A stretch of 62,974 nt of DNA, the filler included, from Octopus bimaculoides (lineage: Eukaryota), in NCBI RefSeq assembly GCF_001194135.2. It is 6 parts of 5 records of this genome, joined end to end, with 100 filler letters (N's around TTAATTAATTAA, not from the genome) between each part and the next. Parts side by side here need not be neighbours in the genome. Positions count along the whole stretch, not along the records: positions 23,348 to 53,249 come from NC_068992.1; 5 more parts are not named here. One strand, given 5' to 3'. The first letter of the stretch is position 1, and each line of letters begins with the position of its first letter. The notes below the pieces were generated by a model, which saw only the letters and a program-made list of their open reading frames with translations, was not told where the DNA came from and searched no databases. Both the position numbers and the translations under genes were made by a program. Shown piece by piece: positions 27,533 through 37,331 of the stretch.

Positions 27533-27944
27533 TAAAGTAGTTGTATACTGCCAACTTAACATGACAGTCTCAATAAGGGAATATACTACTGCTATTTAGC
27601 CCTAGGAAGCTGGACCGCTTCCTGTCGGCCTTGACACATTTCCTGTGACCTTATGTTTGCGACGGGGAGACAAACTCCTCCACCCAGCCTAACCTGCATT
27701 CAGGGACATGTTTCTGAGTCTTTGCTCGTCATCAGCCTGAAGTAGCACGACTAGCTAGTTGAAAAAGTCTGTGAACCCTTCGCAAACATATAGGTGGAGG
27801 AGTTTGTCTCCCCCTCGCAAACATAAGGACACAGGAAATGTGTCAAGGCCGACAGGAAGCGGTCCAGCTTCCTAGGGCTAAATAGCAGTAGTATATTCCC
27901 TTATTGGGACTGTCACGTTAAGTTGGCAGTATACAACTACTTTA
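27533..27944. mobile_element. Fold-back element: 152-bp inverted arms around a 108-nt spacer containing a hammerhead
   Basis: Arms 27533-27684 and 27793-27944 are reverse complements with 4 mismatches by my count. Both outer ends finish in TA. Confidence 0.85.
27699..27741 (-). ncRNA. Type-I hammerhead ribozyme motif with intact catalytic core
   Basis: Minus strand reads TTCAGG-CTGATGA-CGAG-CAAAGA-CTCA-GAAACATGTC-CCTGAA: perfect 6-bp stem I, CUGAUGA and GAAA intact, palindrome ACATGT, GUC site. The 10.1-11.1 pair is a C.A mismatch. Confidence 0.8.
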
Positions 27945-28030
27945 TCGCATCACTACTGCTTAAGTCTCACTGAGAGATTTAGAAATATATTATTTCTAAT
28001 TTATATATATATTAATATCCTAAAATCAAA

Positions 28031-28231
28031 GTGCCACATAAAAAAGCACTAGTGTTGGTGCCACGTAAAAAGCAGCCAAAGTGGCTGGCATTAGGAAGGG
28101 CATCCAGGTATAGAATCCAAGCCAAAACAGGCTATGGAACCTGGTGTGACCCCTGGCTGTGCCAGTTCCAGTCAAGTCATCCAACCCATGCCAGCATGGA
28201 AAATAGACATTAGATGATGATGATGATGATG
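28031..28231 (+). mobile_element. RTE 3' UTR fragment
   Basis: TTAGGAAGGGCATCCAG...CCAACCCATGCCAGCATGGAAAA plus (GAT)n, homologous to 29160-29340. Confidence 0.75.
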
Positions 28232-28316
28232 AAAACAGATTGCTACTTATTGACATTTCTTCCTTCTCCTTCTCACCATTCTTCCCCGTCTTTGACTGTT
28301 TGTCTGTGTCTCTGCC

Positions 28317-28355
<39 letters not shown>

Positions 28356-28708
28356 TTCTTTCGCTCTTTCTTTGTTTCTTTTGTTATATCAACACTTAAA
28401 TTTTAAAATATGCAAATATATTCTTTGAGCAATTATTAATTAATAGTTAAATTAAATATTGATTTCTTAACATTGGCATAAGCCCATAAATTTGTGAGTG
28501 AAAATCATAATTGATTAAATTGGTCCTGATATATTATTACTCCTGTGTTATTTTATTTTATATTTATTTTATCAACCATGGTAATTTGAGATGAGAAGCA
28601 TGAATAAGCTTGTGTCTTTGGTAAGATTTCAGCATTGGATGTTAAAGTACAAAAAAAATACTATTTCCCAACATATCTAAAAAATATGAAATAACATATT
28701 TTAATCTA

Positions 28709-28835
28709 CAGGGTGTCTACAAGGTCTGGGTACACGGAGTAAATAAAATCATAACATAAACAATTAAATATAAGAAATAATAATTTCTTAAAGTATGTGT
28801 TAATCCCCAAGTATGCAGACTTTGTGGACACCCTG
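28709..28835. mobile_element. Tc1/mariner-type MITE, 127 bp
   Basis: TA flanks (28707-08, 28836-37). 20-bp TIR CAGGGTGTCTACAAGGTCTG versus CAGGGTGTCCACAAAGTCTG (2 mismatches). Confidence 0.85.
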
Positions 28836-28997
28836 TATTATTTGCTGCTGGTTAATACATGCATTATGACTATTAACTCAGCCAACATTACACAATCTTT
28901 GGATTTGACTCAAGCTTAAGTACAACTTTTAGGCGAGTGTTGACATCTATGTGATGCGTACAGATATCAATGGTTGCATACATAATGTTGATCACTT

Positions 28998-29340
28998 AAA
29001 GTGGATGGAACTTGTGGAAGAGAGAGACCCAGAAAGGCATGGGATGACGTACTGAAGGCCGATCTCAAGACACTGAGCCTTACTAAAAAGATGACGAAGG
29101 ACCATGATATCTGGCGCCTCACTGTACTCGAGAAGATTCATCCACCAAAGCAAAATTCTGGTGCCACATAAAAAGCACCTGGTACACTCTGTGGAGTGGT
29201 TGGTGTTAGGGAGGGCCATCTACCCATAGAAACTATGCCAGCACAGACAATGGAGCCTGGTGTGACTCCTGACCTTGGCAGTTCCAATGCCAACATGAAA
29301 AATGGACAATAAATGATGGTGATGATGATGATAATGATAT
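28998..29340 (+). mobile_element. RTE-clade LINE 3' fragment
   Basis: KVDGTCGRERPRKAWDDVLKADLKTLSLTKKMTKDHDIWR (28998-29171), UTR, (GAT)n tail. Confidence 0.8.
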
Positions 29341-29344
29341 ATTC

Positions 29345-29737
29345 TCTTATTCTCTTACTTGTTTCAGTCATTTGATTGCGGCCATGCTGGAGCACCACCT
29401 TTAGTCAAGCAAATTGACCCCAGAACGTATTCTTTGTAAGCCTAGTACTTATTCTATAAGTATCTTTTGCCAAACCGCTAAGTTACAGGGACGTAAACAC
29501 ACCAGCATCGGTTGTCAAGTGATGTTGAGGGGACAAACACAGACAAACAAACATATACACACACATACATATATGATGGGCTTCTTTCAGTTTCTGTCTA
29601 CTAAATCTACTCACAAGGCTTTGGTTGGCCCGAAGCTATTGTAGAAGACACTTGCCCAAGGTGCCACGCAGTGGGACTGAACCCAGGACCACGTGGTTGG
29701 TAAGCAAGCTACTTACCACACTGCCACTCCTGTGTCT
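29345..29737 (-). mobile_element. SINE family A
   Basis: Near full-length reverse copy. Confidence 0.85.
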
Positions 29738-29860
29738 AGGAAATTAAATGTTATGGCCAGTCATAGAGTGACTATTGGTTTCACATCTATAAAGTGCTTA
29801 GCAGTATAGGTGACTTGTCAGATTCAAATGGCCAAAGGAGGTGAAACAAAAAGCGTTCAA

Positions 29861-30080
29861 CTCTGACTCTGACTCCGACTCCTGTACTATTTGGCAACCC
29901 TGACTCTGATTCCTCCTTATGTAAATAAGTGATTGTGGTCTACGTATCTCATAAAGCATATGCATATGCTTGTACTTTGAGTAGGCCTATATCTTATAAC
30001 TGGTTTATATTAAAGAAAAAAGAAATTGTGAGTCAGAGCCTGAGTCGGTATAGTTTTACTGACTCCGACTCCACAGCCCT
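29861..30080. mobile_element. DNA-transposon remnant with reiterated GACTCC/GACTCT motifs
   Basis: Right end reads CAGGGCTGTGGAGTCGGAGTC on the minus strand, with internal GACTCY repeats in both orientations. The other end is not found. Confidence 0.4.
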
Positions 30081-30084
30081 GTAT

Positions 30085-30720
30085 ACACACACATGTGGTT
30101 AAGAAGTTTGCTTTGTAACAAACAACATGATTTCAAGCCCATTCCCCTTTGTGCATGAGTTCACATTTGCACTGCTCGACAACCAGTGTTGGTTTGTTTA
30201 CATCCTTGTACCTTAGCGGTTTGACAAAGGAAGGAAATAGAATAAGCACCAGTCACTGAACGGTGGCCATGATGGAGCACCACCTTGAAGCATTTTCGAC
30301 AAATGAGTCAACCTCAGTACATATTTTTTTCAAAGTATGATACGTATTCTGTCAGTTTCTTTGTTGAACTGCTAAGTTATAGGAACAAATATGAAACCAA
30401 CACTGGCTGTCAAGTGGTGGTGGAAACAAACACAAACACACATACACACAATGGGTTTCTACAAAGTTTTCCTCTACCAATTTCACTTGCAAAACTTTGG
30501 TCAGTCTGATGTACAAGACACTTGCCAATGTGCCATATATATATATGTGTGTCTTGGCACATGCATGGCTGTGTGGTTAAGAGCTTTGTTTTACCAATCA
30601 CATGGTTTCATGTGCAATCCCACTGTGTGGCACCTTGGGCAAGTGTTTTCTACTATAGCCTGAGGCTGATCAGATCCTTGTGACTGGAACTGAAAGAAGC
30701 CTGTCGTATATATGTACAGA
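30085..30720. mobile_element. Cluster of three diverged family-A fragments (+, -, +)
   Basis: Motif matches at about 30085-30250 (+), 30255-30500 (-), 30550-30720 (+). Confidence 0.65.
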
Positions 30721-30766
30721 TTTTGGCCAAGAAAAGAGAAAAGATATGCACACACACACACACACA

Positions 30767-31482
30767 TCATCATCATCATCATCATCACAATCATAATCAT
30801 TTAGTGTATACTTTCCATGCTGGCATGGGCTAGATGATTTGAATGAAAACTGGTAAGCTGGAGAGCTGTGCCAGGTTCCGATCTGATTTGGCATGGTTTC
30901 TAAGGTCGGATGCGTTTCCTAACACCAACCACTCCAAGAAGGTAATGGGTGCATTTTTTATGTGCCACTGTCATGAGTGCCAGTTATGTGACACCAATAT
31001 CAGCCATAACTATGATTTCACTTGGCTTGTCAGGTCTTCTCAAGCACAGCATATCGCCAAAGGTCTCGGTCACTTGTCATTGCCTCTGTGAGGCCCAATG
31101 TTCACCAGATCGTCCCATGTCCTCCTGGGTCTACCTCTTCCACAGGTTCCCTCCACAATTACAGATCAACCTTATTTTACACAGCTGTCCTCGTCCATAC
31201 ACATCACATGACCATACCAACTCAGTTGTCTCTCTTGCACACCACATTTGATGCCTCTTACGCCCAGCTTTTCTCTCAAGATGCTTTCACACTGACATTG
31301 AACATCCAGCAAAGCATACCAGCTTCATTTCTTTCGAGCCTATGCATTTTATTTAACATATACATGCTCACACAAGACCCACATTAGATACATCACTGGT
31401 ATTATTAACAAACCAAGAATCTAACAACAGTCCTTCTGTAGCACTTACATAGCCTTTCCTGCCATTTTGGGTCTTCTGGATA
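30767..31482 (-). mobile_element. RTE-clade LINE 3' fragment
   Basis: Degraded RLERNEAGML.W...LSWYGHVM.MDEDSCVK...VEGTCGRGRPRRTWD, then 3' UTR and (GAT)n tail. Confidence 0.8.
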
Positions 31483-31510
31483 CCAATACCTCTCATATAC
31501 ACATATGTAC

Positions 31511-31895
31511 ATAGCTGTGTGGTAATAAGCTTGCTTCCCAACCACATGGTTCCGGGTTCGGTCCCACTGCATGGCACCTTGGGCAAGTGTCTTCTATTAT
31601 AGCCCTGGGCCGACCAAAGCCTTGTGAGTGGATTTGGTAGACAGAAACAGAAAGAAGTGCATCATATATATACGGTGTGTGTGAGTGTGTGTGTGTGTGC
31701 GTGTGTGTGCTTTGTCCCCAACAACCAATTGACAACCAGCGTTCGGGTGTTTATGTCCCTGTAACTCAGTGGTTCTGCAAAAGAGGCTGATAGAATAAGT
31801 ACTAGGCTTCAAAAACAATGAAGTATTGGGGTCGATTCGTTCAACTAAAGTCCTTCGTGGTTACAGTCAAGTGACTGAAGCAAGTGAAAGGTAGA
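31511..31895 (+). mobile_element. SINE family A
   Basis: Near full-length copy. Confidence 0.8.
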
Positions 31896-32504
31896 AGATA
31901 TGTCATCATCATCATCANNNNNNNNNNNNNNNNNNNNNNNNNNNNNNNNNNNNNNNNNNNNNNNNNNNNNNNNNNNNNNNNNNNNNNNNNNNNNNNNNNN
32001 NNNNNNNNNNNNNNNNNNNNNNNNNNNNNNNNNNNNNNNNNNNNNNNNNNNNNNNNNNNNNNNNNNNNNNNNNNNNNNNNNNNNNNNNNNNNNNNNNNNN
32101 NNNNNNNNNNNNNNNNNNNNNNNNNNNNNNNNNNNNNNNNNNNNNNNNNNNNNNNNNNNNNNNNNNNNNNNNNNNNNNNNNNNNNNNNNNNNNNNNNNNN
32201 NNNNNNNNNNNNNNNNNNNNNNNNNNNNNNNNNNNNNNNNNNNNNNNNNNNNNNNNNNNNNNNNNNNNACCCTCTCATACCATACCATACTATAGAATAA
32301 GACTGGATCTGCTGTAAATGGATAGAAACCAACCAAAAAGTATGGTTATTCCAGTAGCTGAGACGTCTTATATAAATGTACTACTGTGGTTCCTTTGTCT
32401 GCTGACTGCTGCATCTGCATAACTGGTGCACATTGCATCGACATGCATTGTAAAGATTTGACCTATTGTTATGACTTCGGTAAAGAACAATGCGTGGCAT
32501 AGAT

Positions 32505-32678
32505 ACAGGCATGGATGCACGATAAGATGTTTGCTTCCCAACCTCATGGTTCTGGGTTCAGCCCCACGGAGTGACATCTTGGCCAAGTGCCTTCTACTGT
32601 TGCTCCAGGCTGAACAAAGCCTTCTGAGTGGATTTGGTAGACAGAAACTGAAAGAAGCCTGTCATATATATGTGTGTG

Positions 32679-32716
<38 letters not shown>
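32505..32716 (+). mobile_element. SINE family A, 5' half ending in (TG)n
   Basis: Head and central motifs present. The HHR element abuts its (TG)n. Confidence 0.75.
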
Positions 32717-32718
<2 letters not shown>

Positions 32719-32997
32719 TACAGTTCTATATTTAAGACATGAGGAATTATGTACATTATTTACATTTGACGGACATTTGTCCTCATCTTGTTTGTTGTTA
32801 ACACGTTTCAGCTGATATACCCTCCAGCCTTCAACAGGTGGCTTGGGGAAATTTCGAACCTCGGTTCTCATCCCTAAGGTATTTTTCGATGTTATTATTA
32901 TTATTATTATTATTATTATACAGTTCACTGTATAATAATCGAACTCAGAATCTTTGGGTTAGTAGCCTGCGCTCTTAACCACTATGCCATATGCCCC
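32719..32997 (-). mobile_element. tRNA-headed SINE-like element with (ATA)n linker and hammerhead-containing 3' part
   Basis: Minus strand: GGGGCATATGGCATAGTGG (A box) ... GAGTTCGATT (B box), then an (ATA)n tract, a unique segment, the HHR and a tail ending next to a (TG)n microsatellite. Confidence 0.7.
32801..32841 (-). ncRNA. Degenerate sister copy of the 33001 hammerhead motif
   Basis: Minus strand reads CCAC-CTGTTGA-A-GGCTG-GAGGGTATAT-CAGCT-GAAACGT-GTT. A6 is U, with a 2-nt deletion after stem III relative to the sister copy. Confidence 0.6.
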
Positions 32998-33097
32998 AAG
33001 ACACCTGATGAAGGCTGGCGGGTATATCAGCCGAAATGTTGTGTTAACAACAAAGAAGATGAGGACAAATATCCATCAAATGTAAATAACACAAATA

Positions 33098-33102
<5 letters not shown>
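32994..33102 (+). mobile_element. Inverted 5'-truncated copy of the same element's 3' part
   Basis: CCCCAAGACACCTGATGAAGG...AAATGTAAATAA matches the reverse complement of about 32755-32848. Joined head-to-head through a shared CCCC and ends at (TA)n. Confidence 0.75.
33001..33044 (+). ncRNA. Type-I hammerhead ribozyme motif
   Basis: ACAC-CTGATGA-A-GGCTG-GCGGGTATAT-CAGCC-GAAATGTT-GTGT: stem I ACAC/GTGT, 5-bp stem II, stem III ATGT (sister copy has ACGT), GUU site. Confidence 0.75.
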
Positions 33103-33139
<37 letters not shown>

Positions 33140-33255
33140 TCTTTTACTCGTTTCTGTCATTTTGACTGTGGCCATGCTGGAGCACCACCTTTAGTTGAAC
33201 AATTCGACCCCAGGACTTATTCTTTGTAAGCCTAATACTTACTCTATCGGTTTCG
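33140..33255 (-). mobile_element. SINE family A, 3' fragment
   Basis: GGCCATGCTGGAGCACC...GACCCCAGGACTTATTCTTTGTAAGCC. Confidence 0.75.
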
Positions 33256-33261
33256 AGCACT

Positions 33262-33491
33262 TTAACATGTTAACTTTTAAACCAACCATATCTGGCCCAA
33301 ATAGTCTACCTTGTTCAATGTTGAAACTGGCCAGATCCAACCTCTTACACACACCCTACAATGTCATTCTAAAAATAAACAATCAACATCTTCAAAATCT
33401 CGAAGCTAGAAGATAATGCATAATTAATTCAAAACAGTGAGAATAATTCAGCATTACATACGACAGCATAATCTGAATGCTTGAGGGTTAA
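33262..33491. mobile_element. Possible TTAA-flanked (piggyBac-like) MITE remnant
   Basis: Right end AGGGTTAA. The left end is only degenerately complementary. Confidence 0.3.
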
Positions 33492-33532
33492 ACCTGGAGA
33501 AACCAAGCCCTCATCAGGTCTGAACATAACTA

Positions 33533-33760
33533 TTGGGTTGTCCGGAAAGTTCGTGCTGATTTATAGTAGCTTACCTTTCGTCTTATTTGCCATGAAACCA
33601 CCTCAATTCTGGGAAGAGGGTATTTTCAAGTTAAAGGAAAGATGGAGAAGTATTGTGCAACAAAATGGTTCATATTTGGTTGATTAAAAATGTAACGGCA
33701 AGAATTTATTGACCTTTTTCTTTCCATTAAAAATCGGCACAAACTTTCCGAACAACCCAA
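33533..33760 (+). mobile_element. Internally deleted mariner, 228 bp
   Basis: TA flanks and about 30-bp TIRs (TTGGGTTGTCCGGAAAGTT...). Retains the transposase C-terminus FAMKPPQFWEEGIFKLKERWRSIVQQNGSYLVD*. Confidence 0.85.
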
Positions 33761-34010
33761 TAATTTCTTACCAGAACCAAAAGTAAGAAAATCAAAACTG
33801 AAGTCACCAGAGATTGATCTCAGAATTCAGAGAAGTGTAATCAATATCAGAAGGCCCTTTAGCCTCTCTATCAACTCACTACCTTAAAATATGAAATGTG
33901 TTGCATTTGCTAGGGACTGATTATAAGATTCTTTTGGGGGTAGGAACTGTGATGGTGCATGAAGTTTACATTTAAATATATGATGACAGGTGTCTGGAAT
34001 GATATATATA

Positions 34011-34419
34011 CTCTCTTTTACTCTTTTACTTGTTTCAGTCATTTAACTGTGGCCATGCTGGAGCACCGCCTTTAGTTGAGCAAATCGCCCCCAGGACTTA
34101 TTCTTTGTAAGCCTAGTACTTATTTTATCGGTCTCTTTTGCCAAACCGCTAAGTTACGGGGATGTAAACACACCAGCATCAGTTGTCAAGCGATGTTGGG
34201 GGAACAAACACAGACACACAAACACACACACGCACACACACACACATATATACGACAGGCTTCTTTCAGTTTCCGTCTACCAAATCCACTCACAAGGCTT
34301 TGGTCGGCCCGAGGCTATAGTACAAGACACTTTCCCAAGGTGCCACGCAGTGGGACTGAACCACCTGGAACAATGTGGTTCGTAGGCATGCTACTTACCA
34401 CACAGCTACTTCTACGCCT
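34011..34419 (-). mobile_element. SINE family A, full length
   Basis: Complete reverse copy. Confidence 0.85.
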
Positions 34420-34430
34420 ATATATATATA

Positions 34431-34645
34431 TGTCTGTGTTTGTCCCCCTCTCCTCCATCCACCATTTGACAACCACTGTTGATGTGTCTACGTTCCCGTA
34501 ACTTAGCAGTTCGGCAAGAGGGAATGATAAAATAAGTACCATGCTTTTGAAAAAAACAGGTACTGGTGGCAATTTTTCCAACTAAAATTCTTCAAAGCAG
34601 TGCCCCAGCTTAGTCGCAGTCAAATGACTGAGACACGAAAAAGAT
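34431..34645 (+). mobile_element. SINE family A, 3' half in opposite orientation
   Basis: Starts at the internal TGTGTTTGTCCCC block and runs to the tail. Confidence 0.7.
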
Positions 34646-35294
34646 GAAAGTTGAAAGATCTATTCATCTCCATATGACGGATATGACTGTCTGTTTTTTT
34701 TTGTATATTCATTCACCCGTCTCCATCTCATTCACTCCGTACAACCACCTGTCTGTCCAACCATCCACCAATCCATCCATCTATCCTTCTTCAGCTACTC
34801 AATTCATATCGAGACAAGATACATATGTACTGTACAAATTAATCATTACATTTCACCGTTCTCGTCCTTATGCAGGAAAACATTGTCAACTGTTGCTATT
34901 TTTAGCCTGACTACGACTGCATTCTCCTCACATGCAAACGTATACATAATTGCCTGTAAAGAAATAGACTAACGCAAACACAAATACATGATACGCATAC
35001 ATGCATATGCATATGCATATTTATATAATATGCATATGCATGCACTAACATATTTACTTTTCTCATACATGAACGTAAAAATAAATCACACATAGATGTA
35101 CACACACACATACATACACAGAGATGGACAGCAAGTCAGCCTCAACTATGATTGATGGTTGTCGTGTTGTTAAACATACACAACATAAATAACCTCATAT
35201 ATACATATGCGTGCACACTGAGCTGCTCCTTTATCTTTCATCTTCAGTTATTACAGCCACCTAAAAACTGGCAGTGTCAGTTGTGACAATAAAT

Positions 35295-35428
35295 GTTCCA
35301 GTTGATCCAATCAACGGAACAGCCTGCTTGGGAAATTAACGACATGCAAGCAGCTGAGCACTCCACAGACAAACGTACTCTTAGTGCAGTTCTCACGGAG
35401 ATGCAGCATGACATAGAATGTGACAAGC
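35295..35428 (+). repeat. Dispersed repeat family C (unclassified)
   Basis: GTTCCAG.TGATCC.ATCAACGGAACAGCCTG...GCTGAG.ACTCCACAGAC shared with 62876-62974. Confidence 0.75.
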
Positions 35429-35508
35429 AGTGTTTCTCAACCTCCTTGCCCTTGCGTAACCCCTAAAATAAATTACATGTCTCAAGGAAACCCTACACAA
35501 TATACATA

Positions 35509-35546
<38 letters not shown>

Positions 35547-35967
35547 ATGTGCATTACTACAGAAAAAATAATAATGCCACACGCTGGACTTCTCATATAT
35601 ATATATATATACCATATTGTTCTCATATTTTTATTCATCGTAGTTCACGTGGTAAACATACATACATACATACATACATACATACATACATACACACATA
35701 CNNNNNNNNNNNNNNNNNNNNNNNNNNNNNNNNNNNNNNNNNNNNNNNNNNNNNNNNNNNNNNNNNNNNNNNNNNNNNNNNNNNNNNNNNNNNNNNNNNN
35801 NAGTTTTAGTTGCAGTATGATAGTGTTGGTTTCAATATGACAGTATTGGTTACAGAATAATAATGTTGTTTGTAGTGTAGCAATATTATTTGCAATGTGA
35901 TAGTGTGTGGTGCAGTCTAAAACTCTTGGATGGAGTGTTGTAATTTTGTGTATCGTGTAGATTGCCA

Positions 35968-36178
35968 TATCATCATCATTTAGTGTCTGCTTTCCATGCT
36001 GGCCTGGGTTAGACGGTTTGAGTGAAACTGGTAGCCTGGAGAGCTGTACCAGATTCCAATCTGATTTTAGTTTCGTTTCTATGGCTGGATGTCCTTCCTA
36101 ATGCCAACCACTCCAAGTGTGTAGGGGGCGCTTTTACGTGTCACTGGCACTGGTTATGACTATGATTTCACTTGATGA
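35968..36178 (-). mobile_element. RTE 3' UTR fragment
   Basis: Homologous to 30790-31025, with a (CAT)n tail on the plus strand. Confidence 0.75.
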
Positions 36179-36194
36179 TATTCTTTTCTACTCT

Positions 36195-36618
36195 AGGCAC
36201 AAGACCCAAAATTTGGTGGTGGTGGGGGGGGGGGTGCGATTAGATCAATCTCAGTATGCAACTGGTACTTAATTTATCAACCCCGAAAGAATGAAAGGCA
36301 AAATTGGCCTCGGCGGAATTTGAACTCAGAATGTAAAGACAGACAAAATACCATTAAGCATTTCGCCTGGCATGCTAATGTTTCTTATTTCTTTATTGCC
36401 CACAAGGGGCTAAATATAGAGGAAACAAACAAGGACAGACAAAGGGATTAAGTCGATTACATCGACCCCAGTGCGTGACTGGTACTTAATTTATCGACCC
36501 CGAAAGGATGAAAGGCAAAGTCGACCTCGGCGGAATTTGAACTCAGATCGTAGCAGCAGACGAAATACCACTAAGCATTTCGCCTGGCGTGCTAACGTTT
36601 CTGACTGCTCACCGCCTT
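36195..36618 (-). mobile_element. Two tandem SINE family B copies
   Basis: 36195-36382 (head-truncated) and 36384-36618 (full), with different tails. Confidence 0.8.
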
Positions 36619-37239
36619 ACTTGATGATAATATTACTTGTAGTACTGCTGTCAATATGGTACTCTGATAGTTCATGTTTATTGCAGNNNNNNNNNNNNNN
36701 NNNNNNNNNNNNNNNNNNNNNNNNNNNNNNNNNNNNNNNNNNNNNNNNNNNNNNNNNNNNNNNNNNNNNNNNNNNNNNNNNNNNNNNNNNNNNNNNNNNN
36801 NNNNNNNNNNNNNNNNNNNNNNNNNNNNNNNNNNNNNNNNNNNNNNNNNNNNNNNNNNNNNNNNNNNNNNNNNNNNNNNNNNNNNNNNNNNNNNNNNNNN
36901 NNNNNNNNNNNNNNNNNNNNNNNNNNNNNNNNNNNNATAATTTTTATTGCTGTATAGTAGTGTTTGGTGCAGTGCAGTAGTGTAGGGTGTAGTATGGTAC
37001 TGTTAGATGTAGTATGGTACTGTTAGATGCATCATGGTACCCTAAACGGTTGTTATACAACATTGGTTGAATGAGGTCATGTTAATAGCTCTAATACACT
37101 GTTGCCTAGTGTGTTAGTATTTATATATAATGTAGTATTGGTTATAATATAATAGTGTTAACAATTGTAATGCAGTGTTGGAGACAGTAGTGCTAACAGC
37201 TGTAATACAGAGCTGTTTACAGTATCGTAGTACTAATAA

Positions 37240-37331
37240 CTGTAACGTAAGTGTCCGATACAATACAGCAGTGTTAACGGCTGTAACGTAAGTGTCCGAT
37301 ACAATACAGCAGTGTTAACGGCTGTAACGTA
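37240..37331. repeat. Tandem repeat, 41 bp x 2.2
   Basis: Identical units starting at 37240 and 37281. Confidence 0.9.

Noticed and set aside
32935-32997. Possible tRNA gene, likewise the other SINE heads
   Set aside because: The 3' acceptor stem is missing and the sequence continues into repeat body, so it is tRNA-derived rather than a tRNA.
33506-33520. CTGATGAGGGC on the minus strand
   Set aside because: No GAAA/NUH in register.
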